This document shows, in pieces, positions 1 through 9,154 of a stretch of DNA of 64,000 bases (position 1 is the stretch's first letter; every line of letters begins with the position of its first letter). The notes under the pieces are model-generated. The model saw nothing but the letters and a program-made list of their open reading frames with translations. It was not told where the DNA came from and searched no databases. The stretch covers positions 22,258 to 86,257 of the forward strand of contig DATBRV010000120.1 of assembly GCA_036560145.1 (NCBI GenBank). Direction: 5' to 3'. Origin of the DNA: Myxococcota bacterium (GTDB lineage Bacteria; Myxococcota_A; UBA9160; SMWR01). The position numbers were made by a program, and so were the translations under genes.

Positions 1-1
1 C

Positions 2-880
2 TTCCGCCCGATCGTCGCGGTGGGCGAGCAGTACAACCTGGTGTATCGCGCGATGGCCAGCGCCGAGCGCATCTTCCAGCTGCTCGACTGGAAGGAGCGG
101 GTGCGCGAGCCGGAGGCGCCGGTCGAGCTGCCGGCGCGGCTGGCGGGGCGCGTCGAGTTTCGCGGCGTCGGCTTCGCCTACGGCGCCGGTCCGCGCGTGC
201 TGCACGACGTCTCCTTCTCGATCGCGCCGGGCGAGACGGTCGCGATCGTGGGCGCGACGGGCTCCGGCAAGTCGACGCTCGCGCGGCTGCTCGCGCGCAG
301 CTACGACTTCGAGACCGGCTCGATCGAAATTGACGGCATCGACGTGCGCCGCGTCGCAACCCGCGCCCTGCGGCAGCGGCTCGGGATCGTGCTCCAGGAC
401 TTCCACGTCTTCGCGGGGAGCGTGCGCGAGAACATCCGGCTCGGGCGTCCGGGCATCGACGACGCCCGCGTCGAGTCCGCCGCGCGCTGGGTGCAGGCCG
501 ACCGCTTCATCCGCGAGCTGCCGGGCGGCTACGAGAGCCCGCTCGGGGAGCGCGGCGCGAATCTCTCGCACGGCCAGCGCCAGCTGCTGGCCTTCGCGCG
601 GGTGCTGGCGGCGGATCCCGAGATCCTGATCCTCGACGAGGCCACCGCCAGCGTCGATCCCGAGACGGAGGAGCAGATCCAGCAGGCGCTGCGGCGCGTC
701 ACCGCCGGCCGCACCTCGATCGTGATCGCGCACCGGCTCGCGACCGTGCGAGAAGCCACGCGCATCGTCGTGCTCGACCACGGGCGGGTGCGCGAGATCG
801 GAACCCACGACGAGCTGCTCTCGCGCGGCGACCTCTACCGGACCCTCTACGACCTCCAGCTGAGCGACGACGCCGCCTGA
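2..880 (+). CDS. ABC exporter (MsbA/ABCB-type) C-terminal ATP-binding domain; 5' end lies outside the window
   Basis: Frame stays open to the window edge. Walker A GATGSGKST, ABC signature LSHGQRQ, Walker B ILILDEATASVD, H-loop IAHRL. Stop at 878-880. Confidence 0.9.
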   Translation, partial: FRPIVAVGEQYNLVYRAMASAERIFQLLDWKERVREPEAPVELPARLAGRVEFRGVGFAYGAGPRVLHDVSFSIAPGETVAIVGATGSGKSTLARLLARSYDFETGSIEIDGIDVRRVATRALRQRLGIVLQDFHVFAGSVRENIRLGRPGIDDARVESAARWVQADRFIRELPGGYESPLGERGANLSHGQRQLLAFARVLAADPEILILDEATASVDPETEEQIQQALRRVTAGRTSIVIAHRLATVREATRIVVLDHGRVREIGTHDELLSRGDLYRTLYDLQLSDDAA

Positions 881-881
881 G

Positions 882-2666
882 TCAGGCCTTGGGATGCGGT
901 CTCCACTGCGGCAGCAGCACGCACCAGGACAGGATGTCCGGCCGGTCCTGGTAGCGCCGGCGGTTCAGGTAGATGCGGGCTCCCTGGAACTCGGCGCAGG
1001 GGAAGTAGTTGCGCCGGACGGAATCGGCGACCTCCGGGAACCGCTCGTGTCCGTAGAGCGCGCGGATCCCGTAGCTCGGCGCCCCCTCCGTCGCGGTGTC
1101 CACGAAGACCGGCGCCCGTCCGCTCTCGAGGCTCGCCACGAAGTCGGAGAGGTAGATCTCCTTGTTCGGGAAGAAGGGCTCGAGGATCTCGTGGCTGCCC
1201 CCGGTCCGGGTTCCCCAGGTGGCTCCGGTCTGGACGTAGTAGGCGTAGACCCATCCCCACTGGATCAACGGCGAGCCGGCGACATGGAGCGCGCGCAGGG
1301 CGTCGATCGATCGCGCGCGCACCTCCATCGGCGGGTAGCGCACGGGAAGCGGCGCGTCCTCGAGGTAGGCGATGGTCGGAATCAGCCCCGTGAGCCCGAG
1401 ATAGGCGATCTGCACCAGGGCGGGCCGCGGCGCCGCGTTCGCCAGCTGGCAGAAGATCAGCATGCAGAGCACGGCGAAGGGCTGCAGCAGCAGATTCAGA
1501 TAGTGCGTGAAGAGACCGCCCGGCTGGAGCACCGCATACAGGCTGATCCCGAGGTAGAGCGCCGCCAGCGCGAGATCCCGCAGGCCGCTGCGGGAGCGCG
1601 GGACGAAGCACAGTCCGATCGCGGCCGACACCGCGAAGAGTGCGCTCGAGAACCAGAACCATCCCAGCATGACGAAAGGCGTGATGCCCCATTCCGGCAG
1701 GGCGATCAGCCGCTGCGCGAGCGTGGTGGAGAAGCGCGAGGTCGCCTGGCTGAAGAGCGCCTCGAAGTAGGTCTCGAAGAAGTACGCGAGGCTGCCGAAG
1801 CTCCACAGGACCGCGCACCAGAGCAGGAGCGGCGCGAGCGCCAGCGCGGCCAGCGGCAGCAGTCGGACGGCCAGTTCGGTGAAGCCGGCCCGCTCGCGCC
1901 GGCAGCGATGCGCCAGCAGGAGGCCGGCGCAGACGGCCACGAACGCCGCCATCGGCGCGCCTTGCCACTTGATCAGCGGGACCAGCCCGAGCGCGAGACC
2001 GATGCCGCCCAGAGCCACCGCCTCGCGGCCGATCCGCCGGTCGAGCCGCAGCAGGCAGAAGAGCATGACGATCACGAGCAGGTTGATCCACTGCTCGGAG
2101 CAATACGACAGCGTCCAGCGGGTGTTGCCGAGCGCGAGGAACGCGAGCAGCGGGAGCAGCGCGATCCGGGCCGTGCGCGCCGGGCTGTCGATCCGAAGCG
2201 ACAGGTACAGGACCGCCGAGCTCGCCATCATCAGCAGCAGCGAGACCAGCTTGGAGGCGCCGTAATCGATCCGGATTCCGAGCAGACCCAGACCGGCGAC
2301 GGGATAGGTGAGCAGCGGCCCCGCGGATCCGGTGAAGAGGCCCACGCCGTAGGCGGGCTCGAGAAAGCGGGTGAGCGCGGCCGAGACCGCGACGCTCTCG
2401 TCCCCCTCCAGATCGCCGAGCGCGAGCACCGGCCAGCGCAGCGCGAGCAGGAAGGCCGCGAGCGCGAGCAGGTAGAGGAGATCGCCGCGCCGAAGCCGCC
2501 CGGCCGCTTCACCCGGCTTCGCTCCGGCGCCGAGAAAGCTCGCGAGCAGGAGCAGCAGCGACGCGGCGACCGCCGGGACCCGGTACCAGAGCAGGGAGTC
2601 CCGGTACGCGAACGCCACCGCCTTGGCGGCCAGCTCGTGGATGCTGGGAGTCAGGATCTGGTCCAT
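882..2666 (-). CDS. polytopic GT-C-type (ArnT/PMT-like) membrane glycosyltransferase, family uncertain
   Basis: ATG at 2666 (MDQILTPS...). Downstream of it the ORF is strongly hydrophobic with many predicted TM helices, an acidic loop GDLEGDES after the first helices, and a soluble C-terminal domain. The upstream third of the 848-aa track ORF is antisense to the cyclase gene and was discarded. Confidence 0.6.
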   Translation of the reverse strand: MDQILTPSIHELAAKAVAFAYRDSLLWYRVPAVAASLLLLLASFLGAGAKPGEAAGRLRRGDLLYLLALAAFLLALRWPVLALGDLEGDESVAVSAALTRFLEPAYGVGLFTGSAGPLLTYPVAGLGLLGIRIDYGASKLVSLLLMMASSAVLYLSLRIDSPARTARIALLPLLAFLALGNTRWTLSYCSEQWINLLVIVMLFCLLRLDRRIGREAVALGGIGLALGLVPLIKWQGAPMAAFVAVCAGLLLAHRCRRERAGFTELAVRLLPLAALALAPLLLWCAVLWSFGSLAYFFETYFEALFSQATSRFSTTLAQRLIALPEWGITPFVMLGWFWFSSALFAVSAAIGLCFVPRSRSGLRDLALAALYLGISLYAVLQPGGLFTHYLNLLLQPFAVLCMLIFCQLANAAPRPALVQIAYLGLTGLIPTIAYLEDAPLPVRYPPMEVRARSIDALRALHVAGSPLIQWGWVYAYYVQTGATWGTRTGGSHEILEPFFPNKEIYLSDFVASLESGRAPVFVDTATEGAPSYGIRALYGHERFPEVADSVRRNYFPCAEFQGARIYLNRRRYQDRPDILSWCVLLPQWRPHPKA

Positions 2667-2711
2667 CGGGTCCGAGCCTCGCGCGCAGCCTACACTGACG
2701 AGGCCCCGGCG

Positions 2712-5700
2712 ATGAGAGCTAAAATCGCCGCTTGCCGAGGGGGGATGCTGCGGATGCGGTGCGGAGCCTGTCAGCGCGAGAACCGCCTGGGCGCGCGCTT
2801 CTGCCGTGGCTGCGGCGCGGCGCTCCCGAACCCCTGCCCCGATTGCGGCGCCCCGGCCGAGCCGGGCAGCGCCTTCTGCGATCGCTGCGGCGCCCGGCTG
2901 GCTCCCGCCGGCGCGGCTCCGCGCGAGCTCGCAGGCCGCGCGGCGGGCCCCGCCGCCTACACGCCGCGGCACCTGGCCGAACGGATCCTGAGCACGCGCG
3001 CCGCCCTGGAAGGCGAGCGCAAGCACGTCACCGTCCTCTTCGCCGATCTGGTCGGCTCCACCGAGATCGCCGGGCGCCTCGGGGTGGACGAGATGCACGC
3101 GCTGATGGACCGCTGCTTCGCGCTGCTGCTCGACGAGGTGCACCGCTACGAGGGCACCGTGAACCAGTTCACCGGCGATGGGATCATGGCGATCTTCGGC
3201 GCCCCGGTGGCGCTCGAGGACGCGCCGCGGCGCGCGGTGCTGGCGGCGCTCGGGATCCAGCGCGCGCTGGCGCCGCTGCGCGAGGAGCTCGCGGCCGCCA
3301 GGGACGTCGACTTCCAGATGCGGATCGGCATCCACTCGGGCATGGTGGTGGTCGGAAGCATCGGCAACGACCTGCGCATGGACTACACCGCCGTCGGCGA
3401 CACCACGAACCTGGCCGCGCGCCTGCAAGCCGCCGCGCCGGCCGGGGCGGTGCTCGTCTCCGAGGCGACCGCCCGCCTGATCGCGGGATACTTCGAGACC
3501 CGCGACCTCGGCCCGCAGCTGCTCAAGGGCGTCTCACGGGCGCGGCGCGCGTTCCAGGTGCTCGGCGAAAAGGAGGGCGCCGGCCGGCTCGCCGCCCTTG
3601 CCGATTCGGGGCTGACGCCGCTGGCGGGCCGCGAGCGCGAGCTCGCACAGCTCGCCGAGGCCTTCGCGAGCGCGCGCGACGGACACGGGCGCCTGGTCTT
3701 CCTGGTCGGCGAGGCGGGAATCGGCAAGTCACGGCTGCTCTTCGAGTTCCGCCGCCGGCTCGGCGCGCAGGCACACCTCTACGCGGAGGGCCGCTGCGCC
3801 TCGTACGGCATGCACACCGCCTTCCTCCCGATCGTCGACGCGATCCGCCGCTATTACGCCATCGAGGATCGCGACGACGAGGCGGTCGCCATCCAGAAGA
3901 TTGCGGCGGGCGTGAGCGCGCTGGGCGAAGGCTTCGGCTGGACCCTTCCCTTCATGCGATCGCTGCTCTCGCTCCCGCCGGGCGACGAGGCCGTCCTCGC
4001 GCTCGACGCGGCGACGCGGCGCAGCGAGACGTTCCGGGCCCTGAAGGCGCTCACGCTGGCGGCGGCCGCGCGCGAGCCCCTGGTGTTCGTGATCGAGGAT
4101 CTGCACTGGATCGATCCGGAATCGGAGGAGTGCCTCGCCTTCCTGTCGGAAGCGGTCGCGGGCGCGCGCATCCTGCTCGTCTGCTCGCACCGCCCCGGCT
4201 ACCGCCATCCCTTCGGCGACCGCAGCTATCACCAGCGCGTGACGATCGATCCGCTCTCCGAGGCGGAGACGGCGGAGCTGACGCGCGGGGCGCTGGGGGC
4301 CGCGGAAGTGCCGGAGGCGGTGCGTCGGCTGGTAGCGAGCAAGGCGGAGGGGAACCCGCTCTTCCTGGAAGAGGTGACGAAGTCGCTGCTCGAGGACGGC
4401 ACGCTGCGCCTCGAGGGCGGCCGCGTCACGCTGGCCCGCGATCCGGGCGCGGTCGCCGTGCCCGACCGGATCCACGACGTGCTGATGGCGCGCATCGACC
4501 GGCTCGCCGAAGACCCCAAGCGCGCCATCCAGATTGCGTCCGTGATCGGGCGCGAGTTCGCCATGCGCCTGCTCGCGCGCATCCGCGAGGTGGGCGATGA
4601 CGCGAGCGCCCTGATCGAGGATCTGCGCGCCGTCGAGCTGATCTACGAGAAGGCGGTGCATCCGGAGCTCGCCTACATGTTCAAGCACGCGCTCACGCAC
4701 GACGTGGCCTACGCGAGCATGCTCCTCGAGCGCCGCAAGCAGCTGCACCGCACGATCGGCCTCGCCATCGAAGAACTCTACGCCGACCGCCTGGCGGAGC
4801 ACTACGAGACGCTCGCCCACCACTTCGAGCGCGGCGAGGACTGGCCGCGCGCGCTGGGCTACCACGAGAAATCCGCGGCCAAGGCGATCGAGGCCTTTGC
4901 CAGCCGCGCGGCCGCCTGGCACTGCACGCAAGCGCTCGCGATCCTGGACCGGCTGGAGAGCGCCGCCGACGCCGACCGGCGCTGCGCGTTGGAAGAGCGA
5001 CTCGGCCTGGTCGCCATGTACCTGAGCGAGTTCCGCCCCTCCGGCGACGCCTTCGCGCGCGCCGCCGAGCACGCGAAGCAGCCGGCGCGCCGGGTGGCGA
5101 ACCTGGCGGACGCTTCGCACAGCTACGTCTGGGGCCACGCCGGGGGGCCGGCGGTGCAGACGGCCGAGGCCGCGCTCGCCCTGGCCCGCGAGCATCGGCT
5201 TCCCGACGGCGAGGCGCACGCCCTCGCCGTGATCGGCTTTCGCAAGGGCGTTACCGGCGAGATCGACGGCTATCTCGCTAACCTGCGCGAGGCGAGGGCC
5301 ATCGCCGAGCGGACGGGAACCGTCGCGATCCAGGCGATGGTGGACTGCTTCACCTCGGAGGTCTCCGAGTGGAGCGGCGACTACGCGACCGCCATGGCGA
5401 GCGGCGAGCGCGCGCTCGCGAGCGGCCGCCAGCTCCGTCTCGCCCACCTGATGGTCTGGTCCAACTGGTTCATGGGAAAGTCGGCCTGCTGCCTGGGCGA
5501 TTATGGCCGCGCGATCCGGCTGCTCGAGGACGGACGCGATCTCACCGAGCGGGTCGGCGATCGGGCCTGGAACACCCGGCTGCTCAACACCCTGGGCTGG
5601 GTCCACGCCGAGATCGGCGACCACGGCCAGGCGCGCGTCTACAACGAGAGCGCTGCGCGGATCGCGCGCGAGATCGGCGATGCCGAGATCATCGCAAACG

Positions 5701-6233
5701 CCGAGATCAACCTCGCGCTGAACCATCTCGCGCTCGGAGAGATCGAGCCTGCGCAGGCGGGGCTCGCGGCGCTCGCCGCCGCGCCGGCTCCCGAGTTCCC
5801 CTTCATGCGCTGGCGCTACCTGCTGCACGTGGAGGACGCGCTCGGCCGTGTCGCGCTCGCGCGCGGCGAGCCCGCGGACGCGCTGGCGCGCGCGGACCGC
5901 GAACGCGAAGCGGCGCGCCGCCACCGCGCTCCGAAGCTCGAGGCGCGCGCCCTCGCGCTGCGCGTGCAGGCGCTCGCAACGCTGGAGCGCCGCGAGGAAG
6001 CCCGGGCGTCGGCCGGCGAGCTGATCGGAACCGCCGAGCGCATCGGTTATGCGCGCGCGCGCTGGCAGGGTCTGGCCCTCTCCGCCGAGCTGGAGCGGCG
6101 CGCGGGCCGCAGCGAGCAGGCCAATCGCTGCGAGGCGCAGCGCGCGCAGGTGGTGGAATCGCTGGCTGGCTCGCTCCCCGACGCCGAGCTGCGCCGGGGA
6201 TTGTTCGCATCGGCGGCGTCGCCGCTCCTCTGA
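2712..6233 (+). CDS. double zinc-ribbon / class III adenylate-guanylate cyclase / P-loop STAND ATPase / TPR-like multidomain signalling protein
   Basis: Start MRAKIAACRGG (alternative ATGs at about 2745 and 2754). Four CxxC pairs (CGAC, CRGC, CPDC, CDRC). Cyclase core KHVTVLFADLVGST and FTGDGIMAIFGAP. P-loop GEAGIGKS. Long helical-repeat C-terminus. Confidence 0.85.
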   Translation: MRAKIAACRGGMLRMRCGACQRENRLGARFCRGCGAALPNPCPDCGAPAEPGSAFCDRCGARLAPAGAAPRELAGRAAGPAAYTPRHLAERILSTRAALEGERKHVTVLFADLVGSTEIAGRLGVDEMHALMDRCFALLLDEVHRYEGTVNQFTGDGIMAIFGAPVALEDAPRRAVLAALGIQRALAPLREELAAARDVDFQMRIGIHSGMVVVGSIGNDLRMDYTAVGDTTNLAARLQAAAPAGAVLVSEATARLIAGYFETRDLGPQLLKGVSRARRAFQVLGEKEGAGRLAALADSGLTPLAGRERELAQLAEAFASARDGHGRLVFLVGEAGIGKSRLLFEFRRRLGAQAHLYAEGRCASYGMHTAFLPIVDAIRRYYAIEDRDDEAVAIQKIAAGVSALGEGFGWTLPFMRSLLSLPPGDEAVLALDAATRRSETFRALKALTLAAAAREPLVFVIEDLHWIDPESEECLAFLSEAVAGARILLVCSHRPGYRHPFGDRSYHQRVTIDPLSEAETAELTRGALGAAEVPEAVRRLVASKAEGNPLFLEEVTKSLLEDGTLRLEGGRVTLARDPGAVAVPDRIHDVLMARIDRLAEDPKRAIQIASVIGREFAMRLLARIREVGDDASALIEDLRAVELIYEKAVHPELAYMFKHALTHDVAYASMLLERRKQLHRTIGLAIEELYADRLAEHYETLAHHFERGEDWPRALGYHEKSAAKAIEAFASRAAAWHCTQALAILDRLESAADADRRCALEERLGLVAMYLSEFRPSGDAFARAAEHAKQPARRVANLADASHSYVWGHAGGPAVQTAEAALALAREHRLPDGEAHALAVIGFRKGVTGEIDGYLANLREARAIAERTGTVAIQAMVDCFTSEVSEWSGDYATAMASGERALASGRQLRLAHLMVWSNWFMGKSACCLGDYGRAIRLLEDGRDLTERVGDRAWNTRLLNTLGWVHAEIGDHGQARVYNESAARIAREIGDAEIIANAEINLALNHLALGEIEPAQAGLAALAAAPAPEFPFMRWRYLLHVEDALGRVALARGEPADALARADREREAARRHRAPKLEARALALRVQALATLERREEARASAGELIGTAERIGYARARWQGLALSAELERRAGRSEQANRCEAQRAQVVESLAGSLPDAELRRGLFASAASPLL

Positions 6234-6235
6234 GG

Positions 6236-6283
6236 CAAGCGCGCGAAGCGCGCGCGCAGCGAGCCGCAGGCGAGCGAAGTTCA
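6236..6283 (+). repeat. copy A of a dispersed intergenic repeat (core CAAGCGAAGCGCGCAGCGAGCCGCAGGCGAGCGAAG)
   Basis: CAAGCGCGCGAAGCGCGCGCGCAGCGAGCCGCAGGCGAGCGAAGTTCA. A 27-nt run is identical to the reverse complement of copy C (13913-13960), and the core closely matches copy B (20130-20165). It fills the convergent gap 6234-6280. Confidence 0.8.
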
Positions 6284-7888
6284 CCCAGGCCGGGCGGCCG
6301 CGCTAGCGGCCGCGATCGCCGCCTCCACCACCGATCGGGAACGCTCGAGCGTGTCGTCCTGGAAGGCCAGCGTGGGGAGGAAGCCGGGGCCAGCCCGCCA
6401 GGGCGGATCGCTGGCTCGCGCCGGCCGGACGCCGAACTCGTGGACGCCCGTGCGGCCCTCGGGCTCGCCCTCGCACAGGTGCGCCATGCGCAGGGCGTAG
6501 CGCGACGTCCACTCCGGATCGCGGCCCCACCAGGCGCGCTGGAAGAGCGGGAAGAGCGCCAGCAGCGCATCGTAATCGTGCTCGGCGGCGAGCAGCAGAT
6601 CCGGGATCCGGCTGCGCAGGCGCGAGGCAAGTTCTTTGATGCCGTCGAAGACCGGGTGATCGGGGTCGTTGACCCAGACGTGGATCGTGTCGAGGAAGAC
6701 GCCGTCGAAGCCGTAGCGCCCGGAGAGGCCCTCGATCTGCGCGGCGAGGTCTTCGCGCCAGGCGGGATGCCCGGGGTTCAGCCAGGCCTGCCAGCCGGTG
6801 TCGTGCGCGCGCGCGAAATCCCAATCCGGCTGGTTGCCGTGGAAGCGGTTGCCCGTCGCGCTCTTGAGGTACGCCGCGGGATCGAGCTCGCGGAAGCGCG
6901 GCAGCCGCGCGTTCACGCAGTTGCCGCCGAACATCGGCATCAGGTGCACGCCGAGCGCGCGCGCTCCGTCGCAGAGTGCTGCGAAGCCCGCCTCTCCGCC
7001 AAGCTTTGGTTCGGGCCGATAGTCGCCGTACTGCCAGTAGTAGCGGCCCTCCCAGCCCGGGAGGTAGGCGAGCACCCGGCTTCCGTCGATGCGCTCCGCC
7101 ACGAAGCGCAGCACGCGCAGCATGCCGTCGTAGTCGAGGAAACGCCGCCCCGTCCAGTGCATCCCGTGCAGCGTCACCGCGAGGCGTAGCTCGCGCGCCC
7201 AGGCGGGCACGTCGCCGCGCTCACTGAACGGGCGCAGGCCGAAGGCGCGGCCGGCGAACGCGAGCTGGTCCTCCTGCATACCCCGCGTCGCGTCGCCGCG
7301 GGCGAGCACGCAAGGCGGCGCCTCCTGCTCGCGGGCGAAGCGGCTGGCGTCCTCCTCGTGGACCAGCTCGAAGACGCCCTGCCCCGCGCGCTCCCCGATC
7401 CGCTCGAGCGCCACCGCGAAGCGCTTCTCGCGCACGCGCCGGTCCTCGAAGCGCGCGGCGAGCGGCTCGCCGCCGCTGCGCAGCTCGAACAGGGGTAGCG
7501 GCAGGCGATTCGGGTAGGCGAGGATCTCGCCCATCCCGCTCGCGCCGCGCGCCTGGCCGTTCTCCACGATCTCGAGCGGCGTCGCGAGCCCGCGCCACAG
7601 GAGCTTCGTGCAGCGGATCGGCTCGGGGGCCTTGGCGCGCAGCCGGACGCGCAGGCGCCCCGGCGCTTCGAGCTCCGCGCGCAGCAGCACGGCGCCCGCC
7701 GCGCGCTCCTGCTGGCCGGCGAGCGAGAGGCCGGCGGCGCGCACCACGAAGGCCTCCTCCTCCCGCCGCGCGCTGGTCTGCGAGAGGTCGATCCCGTAGA
7801 CGTTCGAGAGCGTCACCACCTGCACCGAGAGCGGGAAGCCGAAGGCGTCGAAGACGGGATCGCTCAGATCGAAGCTGGCGAAGTGCAC
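6281..7888 (-). CDS. hypothetical protein, possibly a (beta/alpha)8 glycoside-hydrolase-like enzyme
   Basis: Uninterrupted 535-codon ORF with a GTG start and non-repetitive composition. Motifs GVHLMPMFGGN and GFDGVFLDTIHVW resemble TIM-barrel glycosidase-like domains. I did not recognise the family. Confidence 0.5.
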   Translation of the reverse strand: MHFASFDLSDPVFDAFGFPLSVQVVTLSNVYGIDLSQTSARREEEAFVVRAAGLSLAGQQERAAGAVLLRAELEAPGRLRVRLRAKAPEPIRCTKLLWRGLATPLEIVENGQARGASGMGEILAYPNRLPLPLFELRSGGEPLAARFEDRRVREKRFAVALERIGERAGQGVFELVHEEDASRFAREQEAPPCVLARGDATRGMQEDQLAFAGRAFGLRPFSERGDVPAWARELRLAVTLHGMHWTGRRFLDYDGMLRVLRFVAERIDGSRVLAYLPGWEGRYYWQYGDYRPEPKLGGEAGFAALCDGARALGVHLMPMFGGNCVNARLPRFRELDPAAYLKSATGNRFHGNQPDWDFARAHDTGWQAWLNPGHPAWREDLAAQIEGLSGRYGFDGVFLDTIHVWVNDPDHPVFDGIKELASRLRSRIPDLLLAAEHDYDALLALFPLFQRAWWGRDPEWTSRYALRMAHLCEGEPEGRTGVHEFGVRPARASDPPWRAGPGFLPTLAFQDDTLERSRSVVEAAIAAASAAARPG

Positions 7889-7932
7889 GCGCGAAACGTA
7901 CCTGGCGCAGGGCCGGTTATCCTCCCCGTTCG

Positions 7933-9138
7933 ATGCCGCCGAGCGAGCGCGCCGCCCCGGGTCCCCGCTTCGCGTCGCGGATCGACGTCGATCTCGCGCC
8001 GAACGCTCTCACGCAGGCGCTGGCCGAGCGCCGATCCGCCGGCGGCCGCATCCTCGACCTCACCCTCTCGAACCCCACGCAGGCGGGCTTCGCCTACCCG
8101 GAGGCCGAGATCCTCGCCGCGCTCGCGTCGCCCGAGGCGCTCCGCTACGAGCCCGATCCCCGCGGCCTGCCGGCCGCGCGTGCGGCGATCAGCGCCTACT
8201 ACGCCGCGCGCGGCGAAGCCGTCGAGGCGGGCGATCTGCTGCTGACGGCGAGCACCAGCGAGAGCTACGCGCTGCTCTTCAAGCTGCTCGCCGAGCCGGG
8301 CGACGAGATCCTGGTCCCGGCGCCGAGCTATCCGCTCTTCGAGACGCTCGCCGCGCTCGAGTCCGTGCGCCTGGTGCGCTATCCGCTCGGCCACGCGCCG
8401 GAGGCCGGCTGGCGCATCGAGCGCGAGACGCTCGAGGCGGCGCTCTCGCCGCGCACGCGCGCCGTCGTCGTCGTGCACCCGAACAATCCGACCGGCTCGT
8501 ACCTGGGCGCCGAGGAGCGCGCCTGGCTGGAGGCGCTCTGCGCGCGCCGCGGCCTCCCGATCGTCGCCGACGAGGTCTTCCTCGACTACGGCCGCGGCGC
8601 GGCCCGCGAGGCCAGCTTCGTCACCAGCCGGGATGCGCTCGTCTTCGCCCTCTCGGGCCTCTCGAAGCTGGCCGGGCTCCCGCAGCTGAAGCTCGGCTGG
8701 ATGGCGCTCGCCGGCGAGCCGCGCGCGCGCGAACGGGCGCGCCAGCGGCTCGAGTTCATCGCCGACGCCTACCTCTCGGTAGGCGCCCCGGTGCAGCACG
8801 CGGCCGCGGCGCTGCTCGGACTGCGCGGCGCCCTTCAAGAGCAGATCCGCGCGCGCGTCGCCGAAGGCGACCGCCGCCTGCTGGAGCTCAGCGCCGGCGC
8901 CGCCGAGCTGCGCGTGCTCCCGCGCGAGGGCGGCTGGTACGCGGTGCTCGAGCTCTCGGAGGCCGTCGACGAAGAGGCGTTCTGCGTCCGGCTGGTCGAG
9001 CGGCACGGCGTGCTCGTGCACCCCGGCTTCTTCTTCGATTTTGCGCGTCCGGGCGTGCTGGTGGTGAGCTTGCTGACACGGCCCACGGATCTCGAGGAAG
9101 GCGTCGCGCGCGTGATTGAAAGCGCAAAGTCGATGTGA
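7933..9138 (+). CDS. PLP-dependent class I/II aminotransferase (AlaC/aspartate aminotransferase-like)
   Basis: LTLSNP...GLPAARAAISAYY, SYPLFE, and SGLSKLAGLPQLKLGW (Lys in the SxSK-type PLP site). Confidence 0.85.
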   Translation: MPPSERAAPGPRFASRIDVDLAPNALTQALAERRSAGGRILDLTLSNPTQAGFAYPEAEILAALASPEALRYEPDPRGLPAARAAISAYYAARGEAVEAGDLLLTASTSESYALLFKLLAEPGDEILVPAPSYPLFETLAALESVRLVRYPLGHAPEAGWRIERETLEAALSPRTRAVVVVHPNNPTGSYLGAEERAWLEALCARRGLPIVADEVFLDYGRGAAREASFVTSRDALVFALSGLSKLAGLPQLKLGWMALAGEPRARERARQRLEFIADAYLSVGAPVQHAAAALLGLRGALQEQIRARVAEGDRRLLELSAGAAELRVLPREGGWYAVLELSEAVDEEAFCVRLVERHGVLVHPGFFFDFARPGVLVVSLLTRPTDLEEGVARVIESAKSM

Positions 9139-9154
9139 GAGGATCGCGCCCCGC

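Noticed and set aside
894-2711. N-terminal 606 codons of the 1779-aa ORF (894-6233), which would extend the cyclase protein.
   Set aside because: This stretch is antisense to the hydrophobic GT-C gene and is charged low-complexity sequence (runs of R, E, Q, G). Recognisable domains begin only after the ATG at 2712.
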